From Octopus sinensis (taxonomy: Eukaryota): DNA of 64,000 bases. The translations under genes and the position numbers were made by a program. The stretch is taken from the NCBI RefSeq assembly GCF_006345805.1, contig NC_043000.1, forward strand, positions 83,700,001 to 83,764,000, given 5' to 3'. Shown here piece after piece: positions 12,901 through 24,394 of the stretch (within the stretch, counting starts at the first letter, position 1; each line of letters starts with the position of its first letter). Below the pieces are notes generated by a model. It was not told the DNA's origin. It searched no databases and was given only the letters and a program-made list of their open reading frames with translations.

Positions 12901-13799
12901 ATGACAAGTCTATGGAATCTTGGTTAATTGTAAAAGTAAAGGAAACATTTGGCAGAGAAGTATTTTCACTTGGTTGACAAGAGTGTGGTCCAAGGATAAA
13001 CTTCCTCCTTTCCTTCCTTCCACCAGTCGCAGATACTCAAAGAAAAGGCTATGGGCTCTCCACTTCCTATCCTGACTACACATTAAAAAATCGTTTAAAG
13101 CGGATAAAATATGGATGACTGAAGAGCTCAATTGATGTTGAAAGATATGGCACCTTGGGCAAGCATCTTCTATTACAGCCCTGAATGACCAAAGCTTTGT
13201 GAGTGGATTTGAGATGAAGACTGAAAGAAGCCCATCACACATACACATGCATGTATGTTTGTATGTTACTGTCTCTTTGTTTTGACATCATATGATTGTT
13301 GTAAACATGTGTCACCATCAAGCAAGTCATGTCATTTGTTTCCAACCTTCCATGAAAACATATCTAATCATGGGGAATATTACTTTGCTTGAAAAAAGAT
13401 GAGGGTTGGCCACAAGAAGGGCATTTGGCTGTAGAAAATCTGCCTGAAAAAAAACGGTCTGATGTATGGAAACATGGGCATTAAACAATGATGATGATAA
13501 CATATTAAAAATGCTACTTATAGATGAAATATATACTACCATCATCATTTTAATGTCAACTTTTCCATGCTTGCATAGATAGGATGGAATTTGTTGAGGC
13601 AGATTTTCTACAGATGGATGCCCTTGTTTCTAAGTAAGGTAATATCCCCATGGCCAGACATGATTTTCACAGAATATTGGAAATGAAAGACACTACTTGC
13701 ATTATGGTGGCAACTAGCATGTGATATCAATGCAAGGAGACAGTAACGCATGCACACACACACATATACATACATGCCTGGATACATACATACATGGAC

Positions 13800-15052
13800 T
13801 GGCAACTAAGTCCCCGCTGTTTTTTTAAATTTTGGAATTTATTGCGTTTTTAAATTTTAATCTATTTTTTTTGAGAATTCTATTTTTGAATCATTTTTGA
13901 ATTTATTTTGTTTTTTATTCTGGTTAATTTTAGTTAATTTTTATTTATTTTCAGATCATTAAAATGGAATGTCAAGTTAAGAAAAATGAGCATTTTCGAG
14001 ACCTCCTCTGTTTTGTTTTTAATCAAGGTTCTAAGGCCGCAAAAGCTGCCCGCGACATTTGCGTTGTATATGGAGAGGGTGCCATAGCTGTGATTGGTAT
14101 GCCAAGTTCAAAAACACACCTTGTTCTGGTCGTTCACTTGAGTTCAATGAAGAGCGATTAAACCAACTTTTGCATGAAAATTCTCATCAAATGACAAGGG
14201 AACTAGCAGAGAAAATAGAATGCTCCCACACTGCTATAGAGAAGCATCTTCACTCGATGGGAAAGGTTCAGAAGTATGGAGCATGGGTCCTGCTTGCTTT
14301 AAGTGACAACAACAAAAATCAATGAGCCACAATCTCTGCTGGTTTGCTTGCTCGTCACCACTCAACTCATGGACACAAGCAATGATTTCTTTACCGAATT
14401 GTTACTGGCAATGAAAAATGGTGCTTGTACATCAATATGAAGCAGCGTAAGGAATGGCTTAGCCCCAGTAAACAAGTGACACCGCACATGAAACATGATC
14501 TTCATTCGCATAAAATGATGTTGTGCATATGGTGGGACTGGGAAGGGATTATCCATTATGAATTGTTTGAATGGAACCAAACGGTCAATGCAGAACTCTA
14601 TGTTCAACAGATGGAATGACTCAACATGGTTATTCAAGAGAGAAGACCTAATCGCCAGCATGGAGTTCTTCTGCTGCATGACAACGCCCACCCTCATATT
14701 GCCAATATGACCAAGGAAGCCACTCAAACACATGGCTGAGAAGTGCTGCCACACCTACCGTACTCTCCTGATTTGGCACCAATGGATTTCCACCTCTTTC
14801 AATCTCTTTGAAATGCTATGCGTGGAGTTTCATTCAATACTGATGCAGAATTGAGAGCTTGGTTGGATCAATTTTTCGAGTCAAAATTGGGTGATTTCTA
14901 CCAACGAGGTATTGAAAATCTTGTTGAACGTTGGGAAGAAGTTGTAAACAACCAGGATGAATACATTATTGATTAATTAGTTATTATTTTTATTAAACCT
15001 TTTAAAAAATTTAAATTTAAAAAATGGCGGGAATTTAGTTGCCAACCTAATA
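13800..15052 (+). mobile_element. Near-full-length mariner transposon with dead D,D34D transposase (13964-14976)
   Basis: TIRs tggcaactaagtccccgctgtttt / aaaatggcgggaatttagttgccaacctaata; MECQVKKNEHFRDLLCFVF...AWVLLAL...VTGNEKW...LLLHDNAHPH...YSPDLAPMDFHLF...EYIID*, with several stops and a frameshift. Confidence 0.95.
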
Positions 15053-15064
15053 TACATATATTTG

Positions 15065-15370
15065 GGTAAAGATTCCCTGACTCCCTTTGATCATAAATGA
15101 CCATGGGATTGCACCTAGAAAGTTGTTTATGGCAGACCAGCGGTCACCCATGCATACCAGCTTCCCCTCTCCACACCACTAATGTTATCTAAGGGAAAGG
15201 CAAAGGCCAATACAGCTTGACACCAGTGATGCTGCAACTCATTTCTACAGCTGAGTGGACTCAAGCAACATGAAATAAAGTGTCTTGCTCAAGAACACAA
15301 CACACAGCCTGGTCTGGGAATCAAACTCACTGCCTCATGATGGTGAGCTCGACATTCTAACCACTGAACC
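15065..15370 (-). mobile_element. tRNA-derived SINE family D
   Basis: Minus strand: ggttcagtggttagaatgtcgagctc...gagtttgattccc...gtgttcttgagcaagacactttatttcatgttgcttgagtccactcagctgtagaaatgagttgc. Confidence 0.75.
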
Positions 15371-16351
15371 ATATGACAGGCTTCTTTCGTTTTCTGTCTT
15401 CCAAGTCCACTCACAAGGCCTTAGTTGGTCCAGGGTTATAACAGAAGACATTTTGATGATGGTGCCATGTAGTGGGTCTGAACCCAGGCCCATGTGGCTG
15501 GGATGCAAACTTCTAATCACACAGTTATGCCTGATTATTACTAATGATTTTGGAATAATGAGGAAAAGATTTATTTATTGCTCATAAATATTTAGTGTAA
15601 CACAACCTCCACCTTCTTCTCACTCATACACCAACATAAAGCAGTTGGAAGTACTATAGACTAGTATCAAATAATCACATTATATGGTCATCTAATTTCT
15701 GTAAGGCTTCATCGAACCAAATACTTGTTCTAAAGAAATAATCATATACATAAATCATGTGGTTTATTGTGAAAGAGATGAAACAAGTGATTACGTAGTT
15801 AAAATTTACTATATATTATTAAGTAACCATATTGATAAGTTGGCATTGAAACTGCATTTACTCAGCCCTGGCTAGTATCTTCAATTACACTATGCAATTT
15901 CATGTTGACGACAATCATTAATTATATAATGAGATACAGAAATTTGAGATTAGATTAATATTTATCCTCTGGATATAGAATAATTAATATGATACTGATT
16001 GTTGTAGCTAATGCAACTTATATTCATTGTGCTTTGACTATCCAGATTAAATGGCTGAAACTGACAATATCATTGTCCTCTCTCTCTCTCTCTCTCTCTC
16101 AATACTGTTGGTGATTGATTGATGTACAATTTGTTAAGCTGGGTTGCAGGAGAAATAATACTTAAAGACTTTTCAGATGGGGTAGCTAAAACCAAGTCAG
16201 TACTTGTCGAAAGATTTGAACTCAGTAATTCAGCTAACCAAACAGCTATCAAATTCACAGTTCTCTACTATACACAGCAGCGTGCAGTAGCACTAATGGC
16301 ATTTATTTGCACAATGGCACTTATTTGTAGTTAGAAGTATTAGGGTTGTAG

Positions 16352-16556
16352 CAAGATGGTACCTATTTATAGCTACATGATATATATTTGTAGTTACATG
16401 GTATCTATTTGCAGATAGTTTGTATCTATTTATAGCAAAATGGTACCTATTTGTAATCAGATGGTACCCATTTGTAATCAGATGGTACCTATTTGCAGTT
16501 AAATGATATCTATTTGCAGCTAGATGGTACCTATTTGTAGTCAGATGATACCTACA
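16352..16556 (+). repeat. 21-bp minisatellite (agatggtacctatttgtaatc-like), about 10 units
   Basis: Unit directly visible with substitutions. Confidence 0.85.
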
Positions 16557-17530
16557 GGAATTATATAATCAATTTCATTAGCTTACAGTTGTTTCTGCTA
16601 CAAGAAGTAGTGCAGTCAGAGCTAAGTGCTTGTGCAAGAATCCACACCTACCTTGGAACCATACACATACACTGATCCCTTTATGAGTTTCATCTGATGT
16701 CCTTATGCACCACACAGCTTAAAGTGCACTTTATCACTGAGTTACTTAACAATGATTCTCGATGACCTACAGGGGTTATTGTTAATGATGTTCTGAACCT
16801 GTTGGATAAATTTGGCCATCCTGACAATGTCTGATCATTGAGAATGTCTCTTTCTTGGGCCAAACACAACCAGTCCCTAGCAGAGGTTTTCACATTTTCC
16901 CTATAACTTAACACAAAACCAATTATATATGGCAAATACATATACTGACAGGGAGAATTAGCTGTCTCGTGGAAGCAATAGAGGCACACTGTTGACAATT
17001 CCCATTAGGATGAAACTGTGCAGGTCAGTGTTCTAACCTTGCTTCATTCATGGGGCAGTTGTCTACCCTGTCAGTATATATAAATGTACTTTTACACAAC
17101 TATAAGTGGTTTAACTCTTATTTCTAGCACATACATGCTTGAGCACATACAGTCACAATTAGTGACAACTAAATTTTGCCTATATGGTTTATATTGCATC
17201 CAGCAGCCCACAATTTTAATACTGCATAGTGTGTATGTGTATACACACACATACATATATGTATGTATGTATATATTTATATACATTTATGTGTCTGTCA
17301 GTACCTTTATAAGAAGGAAAATTCTTGAATCAAAAATCAAAGACAGCAGAAATCCAAAGAAAACTCTATACAAGTTAAATATAAATGTAGAACAAATAGT
17401 TATATTTTACATATTTAATTTTTTAGGAAAGAAACTCTGCATTCATTAACTCAGTACTTGAGAGGAGCTAATGAATTATAAAAAAACAAAATTCTTTGCT
17501 GAAACATTAAATCTGTAAAATACAACTATC

Positions 17531-17564
<34 letters not shown>

Positions 17565-17730
17565 GCATAGCACATGTATGACTGTGTGGTAAGAAGCAAA
17601 CTTCCTAACCACATAGTTCCAGGTTCAGTCCCACTGCATGACACCTTGAGCAAGTGTCTTCTACTATTATAGTAGACTGATTGAAGCCTTGTGAATGGAT
17701 TTGGTAGGTAGAAACTGAAAGAAACCTGTC

Positions 17731-17761
<31 letters not shown>

Positions 17762-17825
17762 TGCGTGTGCATGCATGTGTATGTGTATCTGTATTTGTCC
17801 CCTTCCACCAATTTTTAGTATATGA

Positions 17826-18750
17826 TGGAATTCAGGCAGAAGGAACTACCATTTCTAGCCATTTTAATCATGAATAAATAAATAAAAATAGAAACAGATA
17901 TCTACTACAAACTCATGGATTACAAACTGTACTTTCTTTTCATATACTGCCATTCTAAAACTTAGCAAAAAGTATAGGCACAATTGTATCAAACATTACA
18001 ATACATGATCAAAGATTAGAAGAACTGGATAAATTCAAAGAGTGTTTCCACTCAGTCTTATTGTAAGTGGTACAGAAAGGACAAAATGCTTAGATCCCTA
18101 TACCCCCAGAAAAATAAGAAGTAAAGCCCTCCACCCGGTGTTTTACTTTACGTCTCTATTTTCAACATAAAAAGTAATCAAATATTTATTTACAAAACAA
18201 CATACCTATTCTGCTTGGAAAAATCCTAGAGAATTAACTTATCATCAAAAGCAAAAGGCAACCAAAGACTTTGAAGAACATTCTAACTTCAGTAAATATT
18301 TTCAAATGAGTACCCAACCCTAGGGTTATCAAATGTGGTAGACCGAACTGTTGTACATGTCTGTACTTAACTGAAGGTTTGGAACTGAAATTTAAGGATG
18401 GACAAATCTTCCAAATAAAAGAAAATTTCACTTGCAACTCTCAAAATTTAATTTATGCCATAACATGCTGGGAATGCTTGCATAACTACATCAGACAGGA
18501 CAGGTTTATCACTCTGCAGAAGATTGATGATGCACCAGCAACAAATAACGAAAAGAAAACTAGGAAAATCTGGTTAAGTGGACATATAGCACCATGTGCT
18601 GAAATAGAACCACCAAATTTTAAAATATTTCCTATGTTATAAATGCTTGGACTCTACCATGGAACAACAATGAATAAACGAAGAAAAACAATTTTCTGAA
18701 ATATAAAGCCTGCTTGAAAGACTGACAAAGAAATTCCCTGAGCTAAGGGC
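17826..18750 (+). mobile_element. Penelope-like element remnant: RT C-terminus plus GIY-YIG endonuclease
   Basis: KELPFLAILI...IETDIYYK (RT end); KSKRQPKTLKNILTS...VIKCGRPNCCTCLYL...FTCNSQNLIYAITCWECLHNYIRQ (Cys linker plus degenerate GIY-YIG). Confidence 0.85.
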
Positions 18751-19613
18751 AATTTGGATATGCTTACCTCGACATGCACATGCATATTCATATACTGTTT
18801 GGATATATATATCATTAACCTAAGTATGTATGCAAGTTAATATGTGTGTGCATGTGTAAAGTAAGCACTTAAATACTTATGACATACCTGAATACAATGT
18901 TGAAGTAATCTCTTCAACGTATATGCAAAAGGTGTAATTTAACTATCAATCTGATTCCTTCAATATATCTGACTACCATCTATAGGACAGTAGTTTGTTT
19001 AAAAATTCTAACTTGTCACTTAAATTCTTAACTCAACATTCTTTACATAACTGGTTAAGAACCATATCCTTTCGTTATTTGTCTTGTAACCTGGTACCCT
19101 ACTTCTCTGCCCAGCTTCAAAAATTTCAGTCATATATAATCCAACCACTATAACTATATTCATTTGATAAATCCACACTTAAACTGATGAAACCAGTTAT
19201 GTGTAAGTTTAAAAAAATCTAATATATTTAAATGAAATATTACACTTATTTTTGTCTCTTTAATTTGCCTGGAAAGATTATAGTAAATCTCTTAATGTTA
19301 TTGTGCATTTTACCAATTCTCTGTTTATATAACACCAACCTAGAAATCTCCAACCACATTTCACTATATATAGCATAATCTACTATATATATTATAGATG
19401 TTATATATATATATATATATATAGCAATTTATACTATATATATTGTATATAGCAATATATAAATATATATATTTTTTTAATTAATATTTGGAAGAAGTAA
19501 CAGAATGCCTCAAGGCCCACGAAACGGAACTCTGTTATTTCCACCAAATATTAATAAAAAATATACAAATACTTATGTTTTGAGTTCTATTTTTCTAGTT
19601 TGCATCTCCAAAC

Positions 19614-19645
<32 letters not shown>

Positions 19646-19716
19646 TCTACACAGCTTTACATATTTATATAACTATAATCTACTATTCTCTCTGAGAGTA
19701 GGAACATGAATTACTG

Positions 19717-19761
19717 ATCTCTGATGAAGTGATAAAAATATACACTGAATCTAGTTAAGAT
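19717..19761 (+). ncRNA. Minimal type-I hammerhead-like motif (GAAA mutated to GAAT)
   Basis: atct|CTGATGA|agtg-ataaaaatata-cact|GAATC-TAG-TTA|agat: stem I atct/agat, stem II agtg/cact, near-palindromic short stem III; about 1 kb downstream of the Penelope ORF on the same strand. Confidence 0.55.
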
Positions 19762-20189
19762 TCATTTTCTTTCACTGCCATTACTGTTGCTGTTGTCATC
19801 AAATCTACGTTTATTCTATAATGCTGGTCTAAGTTAGACAGGAATTACCACACAACAACACAAGGCTATGTGCTCCTGTTTAGACTCTGATAGATTATTT
19901 GCTTATAATGACTATCTAGAGTTGGAGTTTCCACAAGCAGCATTTGACTGGGTTGAGTAAAATGATACTTATACACAGGTCTATGCTTGATCAACCTTGG
20001 TCAAGTGGCATGGATGAGGGTGTATGATGTAGGACCTGAAACACTGTGATTCTGGATACAATACTTATGACATGTCCAAGTATTGCATCCATATATGTAT
20101 AATGAGCTACCCTTATTTGCTTGTAAGTGTTGAATCAGAATTTATTTAGAACAATACATTAAAGGCAATTAACGACCTCCATAAAACAG

Positions 20190-20640
20190 TGCTGATCACT
20201 CGAAGTGGATGGAACTCATGGAAGAGGGAGATCCAGGGGACAAAATACTGAAAGACGACCTCAGGATGCTGAACCTTATGGAGGAGATGACAAAGGACCG
20301 ATATATCTGGCACCTTGCTGTACTCAAGAAAACCCATCCTCCACAGCAGAAGCATTAATGCTGCTTCCCTTGATGAAGAGGATTGGTTTGCAAGAGCTCT
20401 GTGCAAGTGCTGCATGAAAAGCATTTGTGCTGGCACCGCATATGAGCACTCGTGTCAGTGTCACATTAAAAACACCCAGCACACACTGTAAAGTGGTTGT
20501 CATTAGGAAGGGCATTCAGCTATATAAACCACACCAAATCAGACTAGCACCTGATGCAGCTCTCCTGCTTGCCAGCTCTGGTCAAACTGTCCAACCCATG
20601 CCAGCTTAGAAAACAGATATTAAAGGATAATGATCGTGAT
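20190..20640 (+). mobile_element. RTE 3' end plus 3'UTR (family C)
   Basis: KILKDDLRMLNLMEEMTKDRYIWHLAVLKK then gtcattaggaagggcattcagct...ccatgccagc...gatcgtgatga. Confidence 0.7.
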
Positions 20641-20727
20641 GAGAGACAATCAGATGTTTGAAGTGTTTAGTCTGACCTGTGCCAACATGGGAAGGTGGAT
20701 GTTAAAATGGAGATGATGATGATTTAC

Positions 20728-20815
20728 CTGTATTATTTAGAGCTGTTATTCCAGGTGCAGCTGCAGCAAGTTTACTGACCATTGTGCCATAGCCAAACCT
20801 TTCAAATTTGCTGAC
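20728..20815 (-). CDS. TBC1D32: TBC1D32 internal exon, 88 nt, phase 0 to 1
   Basis: tttacttcaacag|GTC AGC...ACA G|gtaaat; VSKFERFGYGTMVSKLAAAAPGITALNNT(G) versus recalled human [30 protein letters not shown]. Confidence 0.92.
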
Positions 20816-20972
20816 CTGTTGAAGTAAACAGTTCCATAATAAAAAAATGACTAAGGAACATTGATGATAAAACTCAATGAAAAATACAACCTGTCATGAT
20901 AAGTCTGGAGACTGGATGATTTTTCCTATACTTTAAGATTAAAATTAACACACACATCTAATATATATATAT

Positions 20973-21006
<34 letters not shown>

Positions 21007-21229
21007 CATACATACATATATAAACGTAAGATCCAGGGACTGAGGTGCAGAAAGAAAGTTAGCTCCAATTAGTCTGTAGTAAATTTTAAAAAATACTTTC
21101 AGGGACAATAGTGGTTTATTGAAATGGAAGGTTGTGGATTTTTTCATTTTGAAGTATGATAAGTTGAAAAATGTCATTTTTATATTGCACAGTAGGTGAC
21201 CAGGGTTGCTGTGTGTGCAAAAATGAAAG

Positions 21230-22472
21230 TATGAGAGGCTACCCAAAAATAACCTGAAACATCTCTGTAAGACAAGCCCACTGTAGTTTAGGTTTCTGCC
21301 ACTAGAATCCACTTGATACGACCCTCAGGCATCAGTCTGCAAACTAGTGTTATCCACTGAAGTCGTACTACCATGTTGTGAGTCTTTGTTTTGCAGAGCT
21401 TCACCCCAGTTTCTTGATTTTTGTGATGGATGAAACAAAGGAACAGCATACTTCTGAGAAATTATGTTTTCTGTCAGGGAAAAGGATGCTGCCATAAGCA
21501 AAACACATGTTTACAAGTGGTTTTCATGCTTTCGGAATGGTTATTTATTGCTTGAAGACCAATTTCATTCAGGGTAACCGTTGACCTCTTGAACGAATGA
21601 AAACATCACAAAAATTCATGAACTGATCTTGGAGGACTGTTACCAAACAACTGACAAACTTGTTGATATGACTGGTGTGTCCTGGAGCTCCTGCCAACAA
21701 ATTTTGTGTGAGGAATTGTGAAACATTTGTACCTCACTTGCTCACGGAAGATCAAAAGCAGTCACAACTGAATGTGTGTTGTGAAATGAAAGAACAGTTG
21801 GTAGTTGATCCAAACCTTTTTTCGAAGGTCATCACTGGTGCTATGGTTACAACCTGGAAATGAAGCAGCAATCAAGTCAATGGAAGCAATTGATGTTACC
21901 ACACCCCCAAAAAGTGAAGTCCAATGTCAAGATGAAGCTGATTTGTTTCATTGATGTGAAAGGAATTGTCCACACAGAATTTGTTCCTACTGGTCAAACT
22001 GTTAACCAGATATTTTACTTGGCAATTCTGAAGCATTTGTGAGATACAGTAAGATGAAAATGTCACAGCCGGTGGCAAGATGGTGAGTGGTGGTTCCATC
22101 AAGACAATGTACCTGTATACACTGCCTTGAGTATGAGACAGTTTTTGACCAAAAGTGGCATGACCATGCTTACCCACCTTCCCTATTTACCTGATTTTTC
22201 TCCCTGTGTCTTTTTTGTTCCCCTGAATGAAAAATGTCCTTAAGGCAAAATGTTTTGCAGATGTGGAAGAGGTGAAGAAAAATCAACAGAAGCATTAAAA
22301 GGCATCACTTCACAAGAGTTCCAGGACTGCTTCAAACAAAGGAAAATGCATCTGGACCAATGTATGGCTTCAAATGGAGAATACTTTGAAGGCAGTAAAA
22401 GTATAAATATATAAAACAAATGAATAAAATAACATGGCAAAATTTCAGTTTCCTTTGTGTACTCCTTTGTAT
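21230..22472 (+). mobile_element. Near-full-length decayed mariner (irritans-like), second lineage
   Basis: Degenerate TIRs tatgagaggctacccaaaaataacctgaaa / tttcagtttcctttgtgtactcctttgtata; start MDETKEQ at 21426; FVPHLLTEDQK, KMKLICFIDVKGIVHTEFVPTGQTVNQ, WFHQDNVP, PYLPDFSPC. Confidence 0.9.
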
Positions 22473-22563
22473 ATGGCTACATCTGTTTACATGGACTCAT
22501 ATTATTTGCAAACACATATATACATGTGTGTATGTGTATATATTCTAAGTATACTTGCAACCC

Positions 22564-22638
<75 letters not shown>

Positions 22639-22651
22639 ACACACACACGCG

Positions 22652-22687
<36 letters not shown>

Positions 22688-22871
22688 TTAGTTATAGGAT
22701 TCATTAAAATCTAGGCACATGAACAGCATAGGACCTCTGAAATGGCTTTACAGTGAGGTAAAACAACCATGAAGGAATCTGTTAGCAAAATGCAGCAAAT
22801 ATAAAAGTACCAAATTCAATTTAAACTGCAGATCCCACTCAAGGCTGGTTCTAGGTGCTGTGCTGGTATAA

Positions 22872-23132
22872 AAAAAAGGACACAAATGGTGTTTAAAATT
22901 TACAACAGCTGTTTCGGTAGAATTTTACTGATGTATTCATAAATTACATCATAAAACATAATCTACCATCTCTAAGTAAAATTTTCAACAGATATTATTT
23001 CACCTGCTAAAACCTCTTCAAAATTTTACCTGAAGATGACAGATTATATTCTATGATGAAATCTATGAATACATCAATAACATTTTACTGAAACAGCTGT
23101 CATAAATTTTAAACCTCATTTGTGTTCTTTTA
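22872..23132. ncRNA. Inverted pair of hammerhead-containing repeats (fold-back with ~113-bp arms)
   Basis: Arms 22872-22985 and 23020-23132 are imperfect reverse complements; consensus aaaattttac-CTGAAGA-T-GGTAG-(loop)-CTACC-GAAAC-AGCT-GTH-gtaaa. Confidence 0.7.
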
Positions 23133-23189
23133 TGTATACATATACTGTTGTCTCAATTACACAATAACTGTTGTCTAAATTATGCAAAG

Positions 23190-23550
23190 ATGTGGCATGG
23201 TGCAGAGTCCTGTTACTAGACAAGATCTTCCAGCAGCCACCCTCTTGATCCAGGGTAGCACTACCTCCTCCAGGCACTTGATGTAGTCTTCCATGTTGAG
23301 TCTGAGGCCATGTGGGAAGACGAATGGAGGTATAACGTCACCATCACTAGTGATCACTCCAAACACCATGATGTTGACTGGATGGTTGATTTTTTTATCC
23401 AAACACTCTGAAATGTTGACATTGGAGCTTCCAGCATGAATACCAAGCAGTACAGCATGTTATTTCCAAATTTCTGTCAGAGTGAATTGCATCATGGGAC
23501 TGTTTTTCTCACAGGACAGTAGGGTCAGTTGGCTGACCCTACCATACTGT
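23190..23550 (-). mobile_element. Internally deleted maT/DD37D-like transposon
   Basis: N-terminus MMQFTLTEIWK*HAVLLGIHAGSSNVNISECL fused at about 23400 to the catalytic-core segment HPVNIMVFGVITSDGDVIPPFVFPHGLRLNMEDYIKCLEEVVLPWIKRVAAGR. Confidence 0.7.
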
Positions 23551-23935
23551 GTAGTCGACGAAATCAAAGACAAACAATGCACATGCATGAAATAAATAAT
23601 ATAAAATGGCAACAATTTATCCATCTCATCCTGTACGTACATGTGTGCATGCATGCATACATACATACTGGTATTGACAGTCAGACAGAGTTGCATTACA
23701 GATGCATTTAGATACTTTCATATTGAGAGGTAAAGCAGTTATAGCTTGGTGTGTGTGTTTGTGTGTGTCTGTGATTGTGTAATAAAAATATGGTCCAAAA
23801 TGTAAATATGACATAAAGTGTATATAATCAATAGTTAATCCAAGAAATTAATTGGCAATCAGAAATCTATATAAATCCATTATTGTTAATTTAGAATTCC
23901 TTGCCACAGAAAAAAGAAAAATGTTTTATCTTTAC

Positions 23936-24068
23936 TTGAAGCTGTTTCTGAAAACGTTCATTCATGTTGGCTACACATTTATCGATAACTTCAACCTTTG
24001 TGATGAGAGCAACACCTCGAGCAGTATTGGCAAAACTAAGTAAGCTGTCTTCAAGAACCAACTGCCAA
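23936..24068 (-). CDS. TBC1D32: TBC1D32 internal exon, 133 nt, phase 2 to 0
   Basis: tttttcaatgtttccag|T TGG...CTT CAA|gtaaag; WQLVLEDSLLSFANTARGVALITKVEVIDKCVANMNERFQKQLQ versus recalled human [44 protein letters not shown]. Confidence 0.92.
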
Positions 24069-24179
24069 CTGGAAACATTGAAAAACAGGATAGAGTCATG
24101 AAAATAAAATTCAAATTATCAAAATATTTCTGCATTTTAGGATATTGAATAGTCTGAATAAATAAATAAATTGAATAAA

Positions 24180-24394
24180 TTAACCATTTAGCATTGAAAC
24201 CAGCCAAATCCAGCTAAAACATTCTGTTTTATGCTTAAACTGGTTGGATCTGGCCTATCACACCTACCACACAATGTCCTTCTAAAAATAAACAATCACA
24301 TCATTGAAATCTTAAAGGTATGACATAATGCATGGTTAATTCAAAACAATGTGAATAAATAAGTATTAGATTTGACAGAATGCTAAAGGGTTAA
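24180..24394 (+). mobile_element. TTAA-flanked MITE (piggyBac-type ends)
   Basis: ttaa-ccatttagcatt...aatgctaaaggg-ttaa; related copies at 33073-33290 and 53091-53305, fragment at about 42860-42975. Confidence 0.8.

Noticed and set aside
15679-16240. Exon-like pieces TSIWFDEALQKLDDHI (15679-15729) and AVWLAELLSSNL... (about 16120-16236)
   Set aside because: Weak splice sites; the exons at 20728 and 12419 join directly with homology; the 51-nt piece has a stop in the required phase.
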